Shown here piece after piece: positions 50,401 to 62,610 of a stretch of 62,858 nucleotides of DNA; within the stretch, counting starts at the first letter, position 1, and each line of letters opens with the position of its first letter. A program made the translations under genes and the position numbers. Below the pieces are notes generated by a model. It was not told the DNA's origin. It was given only the letters and a program-made list of their open reading frames with translations, and ran no database searches. The DNA lies in the NCBI GenBank assembly GCA_013239625.1, contig MU053432.1, positions 421,422-484,279 of the forward strand, written 5' to 3'. The DNA is from Lama guanicoe (Eukaryota).

Positions 50401-53400
50401 GGAGGGAGCCTGGGGGCGGCTGCCTGAGTGTGTGGGGTGTGTGTGTGCTGAGTCCCTCTTGCATTCCCCAGCCCAGCAACCTCCGGGCTGCTGACAGCTC
50501 TCCCTGACAGTCCCTCAGCCCTTGCCATGTCAGCCTGTCTGGGACCTGGTGGCTGGGTCCTGGACCTGGGAGGGTTCCCAGAGCCCTTGGGGACCAGAGC
50601 CAGGAGGAATAATGTCTAGAGGCCAGGGTAGGATTTGTGATTTGCCCACAGGCCTTCTGACAGTGGGCCACCCGCTGAGCGCTCCCCCTGCCGTGGCCGG
50701 GTCTGCATCTCTGGTAAGCAGCACAGCCACCCCAGCTGTTGGCGCTCCTTGCCCGACAAGATGTCCTGCCCCATCACAACATCTATCCCTGCCTCTGCCC
50801 CTTAGACCTCCGGATTCCACTCATGTGGAAGGACACAGAGTATTTCAAGAACAAAGGCGGTGAGTCCCACACATGCTAGGACAAATTTAAGGGAGTACCC
50901 TGAGATTGAAGGCCCCTGTGGGGCACACCTTTACCAGTTTTGCCCTCTGTCCCCAGACCTGCACCGCTGGGCTGTGTTCCTGCTGCTGCAGCTGGGGGAG
51001 GACATTCAGGACACAGAGATGGTCCTGGTGGACAGGACCCTCGCAGACATCTCCTTTCAGAACAACGTGCTTTTGTGAGTTCCTCATCCCTTGTGGCTCC
51101 CTCCTTTCTCCACTCAGGAGACCAGGTAGCTACGGGGGAAGGGAGGGAGAGGAGAGGGAGGCGGGGAGATGGGCCGTCCCAGAGGAGCTGTCCTGTGCTT
51201 GCACCACAGCCATCCTCCAGCCCCAGTGCTCCTCACCCAGACATCCCCAGGACCATTCTTTCTTCCTCCCACACTCCTATAGTGCCGAGGCAGGGCCAGA
51301 CTTTGAACTGCGGCTGGAGCTGTATGGGGCCTGCGTGGAAGAGGAGGGGGCCCTGGCTGGAGCCCCCAAGAGGCTTGCCACCAAACTCAGCAGCTCCCTG
51401 GGCCGTTCCTCGGGGAGGCGTGTTCGGGCATCGCTGGAGAGTGCTGGGGGCTCAGGGAGCAGTCCCATCCTGCTCCCCACACCGACTGCGCGGTACGGCC
51501 CGACAATCCCCCACTGCTCTCAGCTGGCCACAGGTGGCCTCTGAGCTACGCTGAGCACGCAGAGCCTGTTTTGCACTGCTGCCAGGACATGCAGACAGAT
51601 GTGAATGAATGAGCAGTGGCCACATAGCTGGGAAGTACTCTGGCCTGGGCTCAGTCCTGCAGGGCTGGGCCCAAGCTAACTGAGAATGCAGGGGGAGCGA
51701 GGCCCTGGGCTGCTCACTATTTTGAAGCAGCAGATACATTTGTGTCGATAGGACAGGGCTCCCCTGGTTGCAGCAGGGTAGCCTGGGTCCTGTGGTGTTG
51801 CCTGCAGGCACCTGCAGGCACCGAGTAGAATCACTGGGCCTTGGAGGAGCAGTTTGAGAACCTTCGGGGTAACGAACAGAAGGCTGGTTTGGGATACAGA
51901 CATACAATCAAATTCCAATCCCATCACCTAAGCTCTATTTAAGGGCAGATTTCTTAACTTTATTAAGCCTCAAGCGGCCTCATCTATTCATTAAAGAATG
52001 CTACCTCACAGGGCTGTCGTGGGAATACAGTGCGATAACATACTTAAAGCACAGGGTCCGGCACTTAGCAGGGGTGCAGTAAATGTTTGTTCCAACCCCT
52101 GTGGGGGAAGCAATCTGGTTTTCTGTAGGGCAGCCTGAACCATGGAGGCCCTTAAAGCTCCTGCCGTCCACGCCCTTCACTTGACTGCTGCCCACTTCTC
52201 TGTCCGGCAGAGGTCCTCGTTACCACCTCTTGGCTCATACCACCCTCACCCTGGCAGCGGTGCAAGATGGGTTCCGCACCCATGACCTCACCCTCGCCAG
52301 CCATGGTGAGTACGTGTGTACGTGGGGGATGCCAGATGGTGAGAAGAGGGGCTGTTGGATGGTCTCCTTCACCCTCCCCACCCTCATCCTGCACTTCCTC
52401 CTCCCCTAGAGGAGAACCCCGCCTGGCTGCCCCTTTATGGTAGCGTGTGTTGCCGCCTGGTGGCTCAGCCTCTCTGCATGATTCAGCCTACTGCAAGTGG
52501 TCCCCTCAGGGTGCAGGTGAGGGACCCTGAGGAGTGGAAGGGAACAGGGAGAAGGCAGAGCAGCCTTGAATCACCTAGGGATCCAAGGACTATTGAAAAA
52601 GCAAGATCTGGGTGGAGGGGGGAGAGGCATGGCCAGAAGAGGGGAGGGTCAGGCAGGAGAGTGGGCAGAAAGGAGCCCTTTCTCTCTGAGGGGCTGGGAA
52701 GGAGGGTGATGAGGGGGGTTGTGATTCCCCTGGGAAACCTCGAGTCATTTACGCAGCAAGCGGGGGAGCTGCAGGACTGGATGCGAGTACACGGAATCCT
52801 GAAAGGAACAAACCTCTTGTGTTACCGGCAACCTGAAGACGGAGATGCTGGGGAAGAGCCGCTGTTTACTATTGTCATCAACAAGGTGAGGAGTCCCTGG
52901 TGGTGAAGCCAGCAGGTGCCAGGGTTCGGGAGCCTGTCAGACCCCAGGAGGGTAGGCACAGACCTCAGAGAGATCAAAGCTAGCCTCCTGCTCCTAAATC
53001 ACCACCCCCAGCTTCTGGGCCAGGGCTGCTGAGGGGACCATGTTCTCCCCAGCCAGCATCACTGGAAAAAGACTGTCCCTTCTACTCACCAGCCTCACCT
53101 CTGCCAAGTCTCAGAGAGAGTTCCATGGCCCGCCTAGGACTTTTCATCCACCTTCCATCTTTCCCCTCAGGTTCCAATCTGCATCTCCTACACCCTTTCC
53201 TGGATTTTTCTCCCAACCCAAGTCCAAGGACCCTCTTTGTTACCTAGCCCTTTTCCTGGTGTCCCTGCTGACTTTTATGGAAGTGTCAAAAAACCTCAGG
53301 CCTCAGCGTTCCTGCCTGCCTCCATGCCTTCCCTGCCTTGCTCAGTCTCTTTCCCTGTCTCCATCTGCTCCCCTTTCCCTAAGGACCACCTGTCTCATCC

Positions 53401-54892
53401 CCATCCTTTCCTGCCATTCCTTCCCATTCTGAAAACCCCACAAGCTCCTCCTTCTAAGGCAGGGATGACCAAGCCTGCCTGATGTCACTGCTAACTTCTG
53501 TGACTGAGGTGGAGGTGGAAGCAGGCCCCATCTTTCTTCTGCAGGAGACTCGAGTCCGGGCAGGGGAGCTGGACGAGGCAGCAGGCCGGCCCCCGACCCT
53601 GACCATCACTAACCAGTGTGGGGAGGCCGAGGTGACGCACACCCTTCAGGCAGAGAGTCGGGGAGCCCTGCAAAGCTGGATGGAGGCTCTGTGGCAGCTT
53701 TTCTTTGACATGAGTAAGAGAAGGGGGCTGGATTGAATCCTTTGGGAGGGATTGGAGCTTGTTCTTTTTACTGAAGGCCTCTATTTCAAGAATGTGTGGA
53801 AGGGAATGTAGCAGGGGGAGGGGAGCCTGGCCCTCTCACAGTCCTGCCCTACCCACCACAATCAGTGCTCTCCCTTCAGGTCAGTGGAGGCAGTGCTGTG
53901 ATGAAATAATGCAAATTGAAAGCTCTGCTCCCCGGAAACCACCCCAAGTACTGGCCAAGCAGGGGTCCTTGTACCATGAGATGGGTGAGTGGAAGTGCGT
54001 CCTGGGACCTAACGGGAAGCTGAGTTGGGGGCTTCACGGGAGCCTAGATGATGGAAGCAGAGAGGCCGCACACTTTGGGCTAAGGCAGAACTCTGGAGAC
54101 CCAGGTCCCACCAGTTCTGCGGTATTCCCTTCTTTTCTCCAACTCTTCTTAACGCCACCTCCACCAGAGTTCAAAGCAAAACCCCACAGACCCAGATTCA
54201 TTTCACGGATTCTTCTAATTTCTTCTTTTCTGTTTCCCTTCCTGCACGCGGATTCCTGTCTCTCCCTCTGACCCGTCACTTGCCTGGCTCTGCTTTTGTT
54301 CTCCTCTTTCTTGATTTCTTCATTCACTTCTGCCCACCCCCATCTCCCTGTCCACCTTGCCCCCCATACCCCGTAGTCTTGTCAGAATCTGTGGCCCCAG
54401 GGGGCCCAGATGAGGGGCCGCTCCTGCAGGATAACGCGATCTCGGCTGGGATCCAGGCTTTGCTTTCCTACAGTGACAGGTGATGCTCAGGGCTGGGGCG
54501 GTCTGGGACCTAAGCGCTGACTAGCCCCCTCCCCTCAACCCCTTCCTGGTGCCACAGCTATTGAGCCACTGGATGACATCGCAGCAGTGACAGACATCCT
54601 GGCCCAGCGGGAGGGTGCAAGACTGGAGACACCCCCACTCTGGCTAGCAATGTTTACAGACCGGCCTGCCCTGCCTGACTCCTGCTCGCCTGCTTCAGTG
54701 GCCCCAACCCCAGCCCGGATCCATTCCCTGCCCTGGGGGAGACCTCGAACATTCTCCCTGGATGCTGTCCCCCCAGACCACTCCCCTGGGGCTTCTCGCT
54801 CGGTTGCCCCTCTCCCCCCGCAGCGATCCCCACAGTCCAGAGGCCTGTGCAGCAAAGGCCCACCCCACACGTGGCTCCAGTCACCAGTGTGA
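41470..54892 (+). CDS. RTKN: Rhotekin (12 coding exons, 564 aa)
   Basis: Exons 41470-41580, 48735-48934, 50652-50713, 50806-50859, 50957-51074, 51283-51492, 52211-52305, 52410-52516, 52757-52885, 53545-53713, 53880-53984, 54558-54892. Starts MFSRNHRSRVTVARGSALEMEF; HR1 segment LDHEIRMREGACKLL; anillin-homology and PH regions; C-terminal PDZ motif QSPV. ATTAAA at 55217-55222. Confidence 0.96.
43564..43635 (+). CDS. RTKN: RTKN alternative first coding exon (MQDRLHILEDLNMLYIRQMALSLE)
   Basis: 72 nt, donor GAG|gtaac, phase 0 into exon 2. Matches the N-terminus of the shorter rhotekin isoform as recalled. Confidence 0.88.
44040..44940 (-). mobile_element. L2 LINE fragment
   Basis: ATTTATTCATT...ACTGAACACCTACTATATGCCAGG...CAGGGAAGGCCTCT...GGAAGGGTTTTAAGCAGGG...ATTTACTGAGATGGGG are L2 hallmarks. 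Confidence 0.75.
46791..46814 (+). CDS. Candidate third RTKN first coding exon (MARAREES)
   Basis: GCAATGG Kozak context, TCC|gtgagt donor, phase 0, inside a CpG island with a CRE. Predicted only. Confidence 0.5.
54377..54483 (+). CDS. Candidate alternative C-terminal RTKN exon
   Basis: Long pyrimidine tract and acceptor ccgtag|TC, in frame with exon 11. Reads VLSESVAPGGPDEGPLLQDNAISAGIQALLSYSDR*. Confidence 0.55.
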
Positions 54893-55419
54893 GAAAGGTG
54901 CTGGCAGCAGGATCTGGCCCGAAGAGAAGATGACCTGTGTGCGGCTGGCTGTAGGTACAGCGCTGTTTGGAGCAGACTGGCCAGCCTGGCCTCCCTCCCT
55001 TTGTTGGACTGGGGGTGGGCTGGGGAAGGGGAGCAGAAGCCCCTCTTAAGCTGTGGCTGCCATGGTGCTGAGGGACTTGCTCCCAGGACTGGCTGAGACC
55101 CCCCAAACCCTTCCTGGGAGAAAACTGGAACCACCCCTGCCCTACCCCCCTGCACTACCGGCTCTGAGGATGGCACTGAAGAGCCCCGGGAGGGAACATG
55201 TGACCCCGCATCAGCCATTAAAGCTATTTAACAGCAGCCTCCACCTGCTTCTGGACGGCTGCCTCTTGGCTTGGTCGGGAACCCGTCCCATCCCCCCACC
55301 CTGGAGCTCGGTTCACCTGGACGTGAGTATGGCTGTGATGCTGAGGAGTCAGACACGGGCTGGATGGGGGGGAAACTTTATAAATAATACCACAGGGGGG
55401 AAGGAGGGCTGCTTCTCTC

Positions 55420-58400
55420 TCACATGCTGCTGAATCTCAGGATCTCAGCGAGGTCATAGCCAGTCACAGCAAAGGAGCTGCCCGAGGGGTCACAGAATCG
55501 GGCACCACACACCTGGGTGTCCGGCACACACTCACCATGACAGTGTTCCACCTAGGGGAGAGGAGGGCTGCTCAGGGCCTGCGGCCTCACGCTTGGGCCC
55601 GCACTCCACTCCTCTTACAATACACACCTCAATGTAGCCACTCTCTGGGCTTCTGCTCAGCTTCCAGATGTGTACAAAGGTGTCTTCAGCCGCAGAGAGT
55701 AGCTATAAAAAAAAAAAAAGAAAACACAGGGAGGACCATTGGGAGTTGGAACACGCTGACAGGTGACTGATACAGGCTGTACCCAACCCAGGCGCCCAGA
55801 GAGGGGGCTACAATGAGTGGCAGAGATAAGCCTGTGGACTTCCTCTGAACATTCCAGCACCAGGAACAAGGTTATAGAGGGATGGAGGAGACTGACCTTG
55901 CCCACGTCGGGAGCCAGGTCCAGGGCACAGACGGCCCGGGCGTGCGCGTTGATCTGGACGTGCAGAGTTCCTGTACTGGCTTCATACAGACGCACCTGCC
56001 CGTCCCCATAGCCTGCTGCTATGGTCCCCTGCCACAGCTGCACGGAAGGGCACGGGACCCTGCAAGGGTGATACCCCACTTTGATTTCCCAGACCCGGGC
56101 CCACTCCCACCCTGAAGCTTAGTAATAGTTCGTTAAACTGAATTCTCTCCTGTCTTCCCTCCTGCCGCTAAATCACCGTTCATCATACCACTGTCTTGCT
56201 TCAGGTCCTTTGAAGGTAGTCTACGCTTTATAGATATAGAAACTAAGCTGCTTCTCTCCACTTATAAGTCCCTCTGCAGACTGAGAGCCTCACCGTTGCC
56301 TTTCCCAAACCTACACTCTTGTCACCAGCCAGCCAATCTGTATCTCTTGGACCACACTCTGTTTTAATTCTGGCTGCGCTTTTGCACATCTCTTTTCCTT
56401 TATCTGGAATATCCGTTCCCATCCCTTTAAGGCAGAGTAGCTTTAGCTCAGCTGCCAACACTCAGCACAGATACCGCTTATGCTGTGGACTCTGCCCTGA
56501 CCCCTCTGCCTCCCCAGCTGCCCCCATTTCCAGGGCTCCCTTCGCCCCCGTGCCTGTCTCTGTTCCTGCACTGACGCTGCTGCATGAAGATCAGCCTCCA
56601 ACTCGGCCGTGAGCCCCTGTCACTGTGTCTGCAAGTTTGGGGTTCATTGTCCTCTTTAAGAATAATTTTCTCTCCAACAACTTTTGGCTAGATACCTCCT
56701 GCTCAACTTTTCATTTGTGATTCTTCCTTTAAATGTAGGCTCAAGACAGTTTTAGCATTTTGAAACAACAGGCAAACTCATATGTGACGGCTATAATTTT
56801 TCACACTTTCTATAATCCAGACTTTTTTTTTAAATTAGAGTTAGATACTCTTTTTTTCTTTTTCTTTTTCTAAGATTTAACTTGTTCTCTTGATAATAAT
56901 TATACTTGCCCCTTTTTTTGAAGGTAGTTCAAAAGAAATTTTTAAAGCCTCACTTTTCCAAGTATCTCTGCATACATTTCTTTTCCCTTCAACTTAGCAC
57001 CCATATGTCCTTAGCACGTAGCTTGTGTCCGCCATAGTCCAGGGGCCTAATGGATAGTCGTGCAATGAATAAGTGAGCGAATGTATCAATGTGTGAAAGA
57101 CCGCTTTCACAGCATTTCCTGTCTGTCCTCCCCCCTCTTAGCCCTCAGTGAGATAAAAATACAGACCAGGGTCAATTACATTACCTACAGCTGGCAAGTG
57201 GAAGAAAAACAAGGCAAAACCCCACTTTTATTTTAACAAAAGAACAACAACAAAAAAACCCACAAAAAAACAAAACCTACAAACAAAACAAAAGACACAG
57301 TAAAATAAAGCAAGAGGAAAAGCGTGAGGAAAGCAGCTGGAACGGAAACGCAGCCTCTGGCACACCCAGCTCCCCCGCGCCTCNNNNNNNNNNNNNNNNN
57401 NGCTCCTGCAGAAGCAGTGCTCCACTGATGGCTTCCTGATCCTCCCAGGTCCCCAGCCCCCACACTCAGCACTTCCTCCATCCCAGAGACCTTAGTAACA
57501 AACCCACCTCTCATTGCTCCAACCAGCCTTGCCCCCATATTCACCACCCTTATCCTATCCCACCCTGCCCCTCTAAACCCCTCCACACACAGCTTTTTGG
57601 AGTCTTCAGACCCTCTTCACTCCCACCCTTCCCTCTAACCCTCCAGTTTCCTCAGACCAGCATCTTTGTGGCCAAAGCACACACCCCTATGCCCCAGCAC
57701 CCCACAATGCCCTGCCCTCGGCCCCCTCACCCACACAGATGAAGTGACCACTGGCAGCAATTCCTCGGGCAAACACAGCCTGTACTAAGTATGAGAGGGG
57801 AAAACTATTAGAAATAGCATCTCCCCATCCCCACAAACACTCCCTACCCCTGCCCCACGCAGTCCCACAGGTACCTAGAGACGCATCTCCAGAGTCCAGT
57901 GCGTGCCAATAGACCATGACGGAGCCATCAGACTCGTACATCTGGAAGACGGGGTGAGGATGGGGTCACAACTCAGCTGACCTTTGCTGAGCTCTGTGTT
58001 GACTACTCCACGTACTCATGTTAGCCTTAGCCCAATTAATCCTCAAAACCACCCTGGGAGGTCGGCATTACTTTTATCCCCATTTTACAGAGGAGGACAC
58101 TGAGGCTCTGAGAAGTCAAATTACCCAAGGACATGCGGCTAGTAAAGGGGCAGATATTGGAGATGGCACCTGAGAACTGAAAAACAGGGAAGGAGAGAAG
58201 ATGAGAAACAAGGAGGAGGGGGCTAAGCACATCAAAAGTTTGGAAATGCTTAGAGGTAAATGGGGAAAGGTCTAGGGGCCTTGGGGAGAAGGTGAGAAGA
58301 CTCTAGTTGGGGAGGGCAGGAAGGTCCTCTTCTTTCTTACCTGTATTCCTCGATGTGAGGCGAGTACCAGCAATACTCGGTAAGGGAGGACACACCAGTG

Positions 58401-58787
58401 GACCTGGAGGGCGGTGAGTCAGGGCAGGGAGAGGTGGTCAGAGCAGGGGACACGAGGACTCAGAAGTGTGGAAATTCAGACGGCTAGACAAGGCCTCTTC
58501 CTCGGGGTTTGGAGAGGAGGGGCTGGGTGAGGGCTGGTTTCAGCAGCACCGCTCCCAACTCCATGGCTCACCTGGGTGATAAGTGGGGAGCTCACGCCAG
58601 CGCCCTCCTTAGCGTGGAGCTGGCGCTGGGCCAAGGGCACCCCCTCAGGAGCAGCGCTGAGAAGCTGGGCGCTGGGTCCATGGACTACGCCAAAATGTGT
58701 GAGGTTGCGCTGCTGCAGCACACTGAGGTTGTTGCACAGGGCGGCCGCCGAGCCTCGAAGGGGAATGGAGCGCTCCCGGCGGAACAT
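55420..58787 (-). CDS. WDR54: WD repeat domain 54 (two internal exons missing at an assembly gap)
   Basis: Visible exons (minus): 58572-58787, 58341-58403, 57875-57941, 57731-57784, [57402-57405 running into the gap], 55897-56059, 55628-55702, 55420-55551. Reads MFRRERSIPLRGSAAALCNNLSVL...GYDLAEILRFSSM*. Confidence 0.92.
57384..57401. other. Assembly gap (18 N)
   Basis: Run of N. Confidence 0.99.
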
Positions 58788-59084
58788 CCTAGGGGAGAGA
58801 CGCCCGAATCACCAGGCTCACGGGAAATAGGCGACGGCGGAGATTCCTGTGGGGGTTGGGGGCGCTGTTATGCGGCACTGGGAGAGACCCCTGAGTCTGG
58901 GTCATGATGGGATGGGGGTCACGTGGTGCGGGGAGGGTATCATGGAGCAGGCAAGGGGAACCCCAGGGCTGAGTAATCGGGCGATGCGGGGAATCCCGGA
59001 GGAGGAACGGCGATGGCACAGGCCCCAGTGGCCCAAAGAGCCCAAGCCGAGGTGGGATGAAGCGAGGTAGCCCCCAGGCCCTAC

Positions 59085-59396
59085 CTCCCTCCGCTCGGCT
59101 CCCCGAAGACCCCAGGCTGCTTAGAGTCACACCATCCGCCCCAAATCGGCTTCCTGTCTCTAGAAGCGTCGTCTCTCCGAATCCGCCGCCACCATAGAGA
59201 CGACGCACGCACGCACGGCCGCTGGGTGGGGCCAGAAACCCGGAAGTGCGATGCGGGGGCCCGGCTGCCGGGGCCCGGCTGCCGGGGCGACCTTTAGACC
59301 AGGGCGGCCCTTAGAACTGGGCGGCTCCTAGACTGGGGCGGACGCAGAGAGACTAGGAAGCCGTGGAGCTGCAGGGTCTGAGCTGCCGCTGTGGCG
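59085..59396. promoter_or_regulatory. Bidirectional CpG-island promoter of WDR54 and C2orf81, including the likely non-coding WDR54 exon 1
   Basis: ETS site CCGGAAGTG at 59240-59248, minus-strand donor GAG|gtaggg at 59085/59084, C2orf81 ATG at 59397. Confidence 0.7.
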
Positions 59397-59414
59397 ATGG
59401 CGGACAAAGGCTCG
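59397..59414 (+). CDS. C2orf81: C2orf81 orthologue, first coding exon (MADKGS)
   Basis: GCGATGG Kozak context and TCG|gtgagc donor. Resembles the human N-terminus MAHEGS as recalled, at the syntenic position head-to-head with WDR54. Confidence 0.65.
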
Positions 59415-59603
59415 GTGAGCCTAAGCTCAGCGGAGGGTGCGCCGGAGCGGGGACAGCCCGCTCAGATCCGCGTCCCCATCCCTGGGCCAGCTCGGAGCCA
59501 CCCGGCGCCCGCCCACCACGCGGGCGCTCGGGATGGTCAGGGAAGCCGCGTCAGTGCGCTGGGCGGAGAACTCCACCTGCGCCGCGCCCACACAGACGCC
59601 CGG

Positions 59604-59656
59604 NNNNNNNNNNNNNNNNNNNNNNNNNNNNNNNNNNNNNNNNNNNNNNNNNNNNN
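59604..59656. other. Assembly gap (53 N)
   Basis: Run of N within the CpG island. Confidence 0.99.
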
Positions 59657-60329
59657 GGGGGAAAGGAGTGGGTGGTGCAGAGCCCAAGAACAAGAAGCGA
59701 CTTAGCGTGTAATAAGTCTCTTACATTGAGTTACCCACTTAAATGGAAAAACCAGAACTGGTCAGGCCCTGGGGAGAGGTGTTGCTAGATGAATGAGCCA
59801 TTTTGAGAATTTCAGGAGGAAGAAATGGACTATATAACAATGAGGCTACGCTTGAAAGTCAAATTGTTTAAGTCAAGACAGTTTAAAATAAGAAACAGAT
59901 TTGGAGAGCATTTGTGCAACAATGTTTCTGGCCCCTGTGGTCAGGCCACTTCTAGGCACAGTCCTTATCACAGGTGCCACATGAGAGGCTGGGAGGGGAA
60001 GGCTAACCAACTCTCCTCTCCCAGACCTACCTGCCCTGCTCTGGCCAAGCCTGGACTGAGTTGTGGGCTGTTCCCTGGGCTTGCCACCAGCGCTGCTCTC
60101 ACTAGCAGAGGGGCAGTGAGGCGAGGCTTAAGGAGTTTTGCGTTCAGCGTGAGGTTTAGGGAACACAAGTTGAAGGAGAATGATTTGGGGGAACACCATG
60201 TATGAGGCAATAAGGTGTTAGGGGTGGGGAGGCAAAGGTTTGGGAAGATTTTGTTGGGAGGTGAGTTTTGGAAGGACTCAGGTTCAGGGAGACTTGTGGG
60301 GAAGTGAGGAGGCGCATAAAAATCTGCTA

Positions 60330-60510
60330 TTAATAGATAAACAAGATTATACTGTAGAGCACAGGGAAATATACACAAGATCTTACGGTAACTCACAGGA
60401 AAATTTGACAATGAATATATATATGTTCATGTATGACTGAAAAATTGTGCTCTACACTGGAATTTGACACAACATTGTAAAATGATTATAAATCAATCAA
60501 TAAAAAAAAA
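60330..60510 (+). mobile_element. Short L1 3' end with TSD
   Basis: GATAAACAAGATTATACTGTAGAGCACAGGGAAATATA...ACAACATTGTAAA...poly(A), flanked by AATCTGCTA on both sides. Confidence 0.8.
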
Positions 60511-62074
60511 GAATCTGCTAGTAAATTCCTAGGTCGTTAATGGATTTTGGGGGATTAGTTTTTTTTTTTCCTTCTCAGTGGATTTTTCTTGATTATAAAA
60601 GGATACAAAATCATTGTAGAAACCTTATAAAATGGAGAGGAGTGTAGGAAAGAAATATATCCGCCATTACGGTTATTTTTTTCCCACAATTTTGGGCTTT
60701 TCCTTTTCTTCAACATCTGTTGATTTACATATCTGAGATCATAGCTGATGTAAATTTGTGTCCTGTTTTTTCATTTAACATATCATAAGAATTTTCCTAT
60801 GGTATTGTAAATTCTTCCTGAAGATTGCCTCCAATCATGGGATAATGTTCCATCACATAGCTCGCACACAACTAGCCATCTGTTCTCTTTTTGTTAGACC
60901 TATGTTTTCAATATTCTGCTGTTATAAATGACATTACAGAAAATATTTTAGAGAATATAGTTTTATTTTCATTTCAGAATATGCTTTTTGGTATATTTAT
61001 AAAACTGGAATTGATATTTTTGAAAATTGTACATCTTTTCAAATGTCATCAACAGTTCTACTTTTATGAACTATGTCCTTTGCTTATTCTTGGGGGTCTT
61101 ATGATTTTTAAAAAAATTTATGTGCATTTTTATATTTGTGGGATATTTATTCTTTTTAATATTTGTTGGAAACATTTTTGTTTGTTTGTTTAGGAAGCAG
61201 GATAAAGTCAAGTTCTGGAGGCAGACCTGCCTGCATATGAATTACAACTGCACTGCTTCCTTGCTCTCTGATCCTGGGCAAATTCTGTAAAGTGGGGATA
61301 AAAATACTCTACTATTTTAGTACATACTCTAAAAATATAGCAACTGAATCCATGTATGTGACTGATAGGCTTTAAGTGGCAGTACATGGTAATTACTATT
61401 ACCAGCTTGTACATAGGAATTTTTTAAAAAGTAAGGAAAGGAAAATTTGACCTGTAGGTATACACTTTTCTACCCATTTGTTTATTATTCTTACATGACG
61501 TTTATGCTTAGGTAGTTCTCTCTTACCCAGAGATTCTATGACAATTTAAACTACTTTTCCTACATTTTATGTTTTGTTTTTATTTTGTTTTATTTCTGTG
61601 TGTGTTTATCCTTTCATTCAGCTGGAATTTATTGAGATGTATATTGTGAAGTGAGGACCTAAGTTGATTTGAGGGAGGGGAGGAGACTCTAAACACACCA
61701 ATACTTCCAGCACTGTTTGTTGCTCATCTTTCTCAAGTTCTTTGAACTCTCAAGAGTTTTGAACACTTTAAACTAGTGCAAATAACAAGCACTCTGCGGT
61801 TAGAGCTATACATAGCCTGGGTTCAGGGTGTAATCTCAAGCAAATGCAGGTAAACTTCTGTCGAGTTTCAGTTTCTTTGTAAAATGGGCTTAGTGAGCTG
61901 TTAGGAAAATTGAATTAGCTAGGTCACACATCCGAAAAGCGGCTGTCCCATAGTAGGCTCGTAGTAAATTGTCCCTTTCAGAAGGTTTTTCCTTCCTATT
62001 AGACAACTTGAGGAAGCTTCCTCCTTCTCCACTCCTGGGTTTCTCGCCCTGATTTGCCTGTTCCTTTCCCACAG

Positions 62075-62610
62075 AGGCAGGAGAACCAGGCCCAAGACTC
62101 CAGAGTGACCTGACCCAAGGCAGAAAATGCGACATCGCCTAAACTTCCGGTGCCGCAGGGGGACGTCCTGCCTGGACGGCTCACTGAGGTGGAGGCGGCA
62201 AAGCTGAGGGCTCGCGAGGAGGGTGAGAAGGTGGTGGGCGACATCCTGGAGGAGTTGGTGGACCAAGTGATGGATGACGTCTGCAAATCCTAACTGGAAC
62301 GGCAGGTGGGGCTCGATCCGCGTCCTCCAGACCCATCTCCTCTCTCCCTGACCCCTGCCTGCTGGACTGAGACCCTCTCTCCCCTCCGTAGTGCATTCCG
62401 TACACCGTGAACGGGGCACGGGAGACCATACTCCAGATGGGCCAGATGCGATTCATGCCCCGGGATGAGGGAGAACCCCACCTGGCAGAGGACCCCACGT
62501 GGGCGGAGGACGAGGAACCCTCACCTTGCCCGACTGACACCTGGGCTCTGGGAGCCTTGCCCGTGCGGTGCGCGCCCTCCTCGGTGGAAGGGAAGACCAG
62601 CCGAGGCAAA
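62075..62610 (+). pseudogene. Degenerate C2orf81 (DUF4639)-like exons 2-3
   Basis: Exon 62075-62305 reads RQENQAQDSRVT*PKAE...PVPQGDVLPGRLTEVE...EEGEKVVGDILEELVDQVMDDVCKS*LERQ, with TGA at 62111-62113 and TAA at 62291-62293. The exon from 62392 reads CIPYTVNGARETILQ...RDEGEPHLAEDPTWAEDEEPSPCPTDTWA. Confidence 0.75.
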
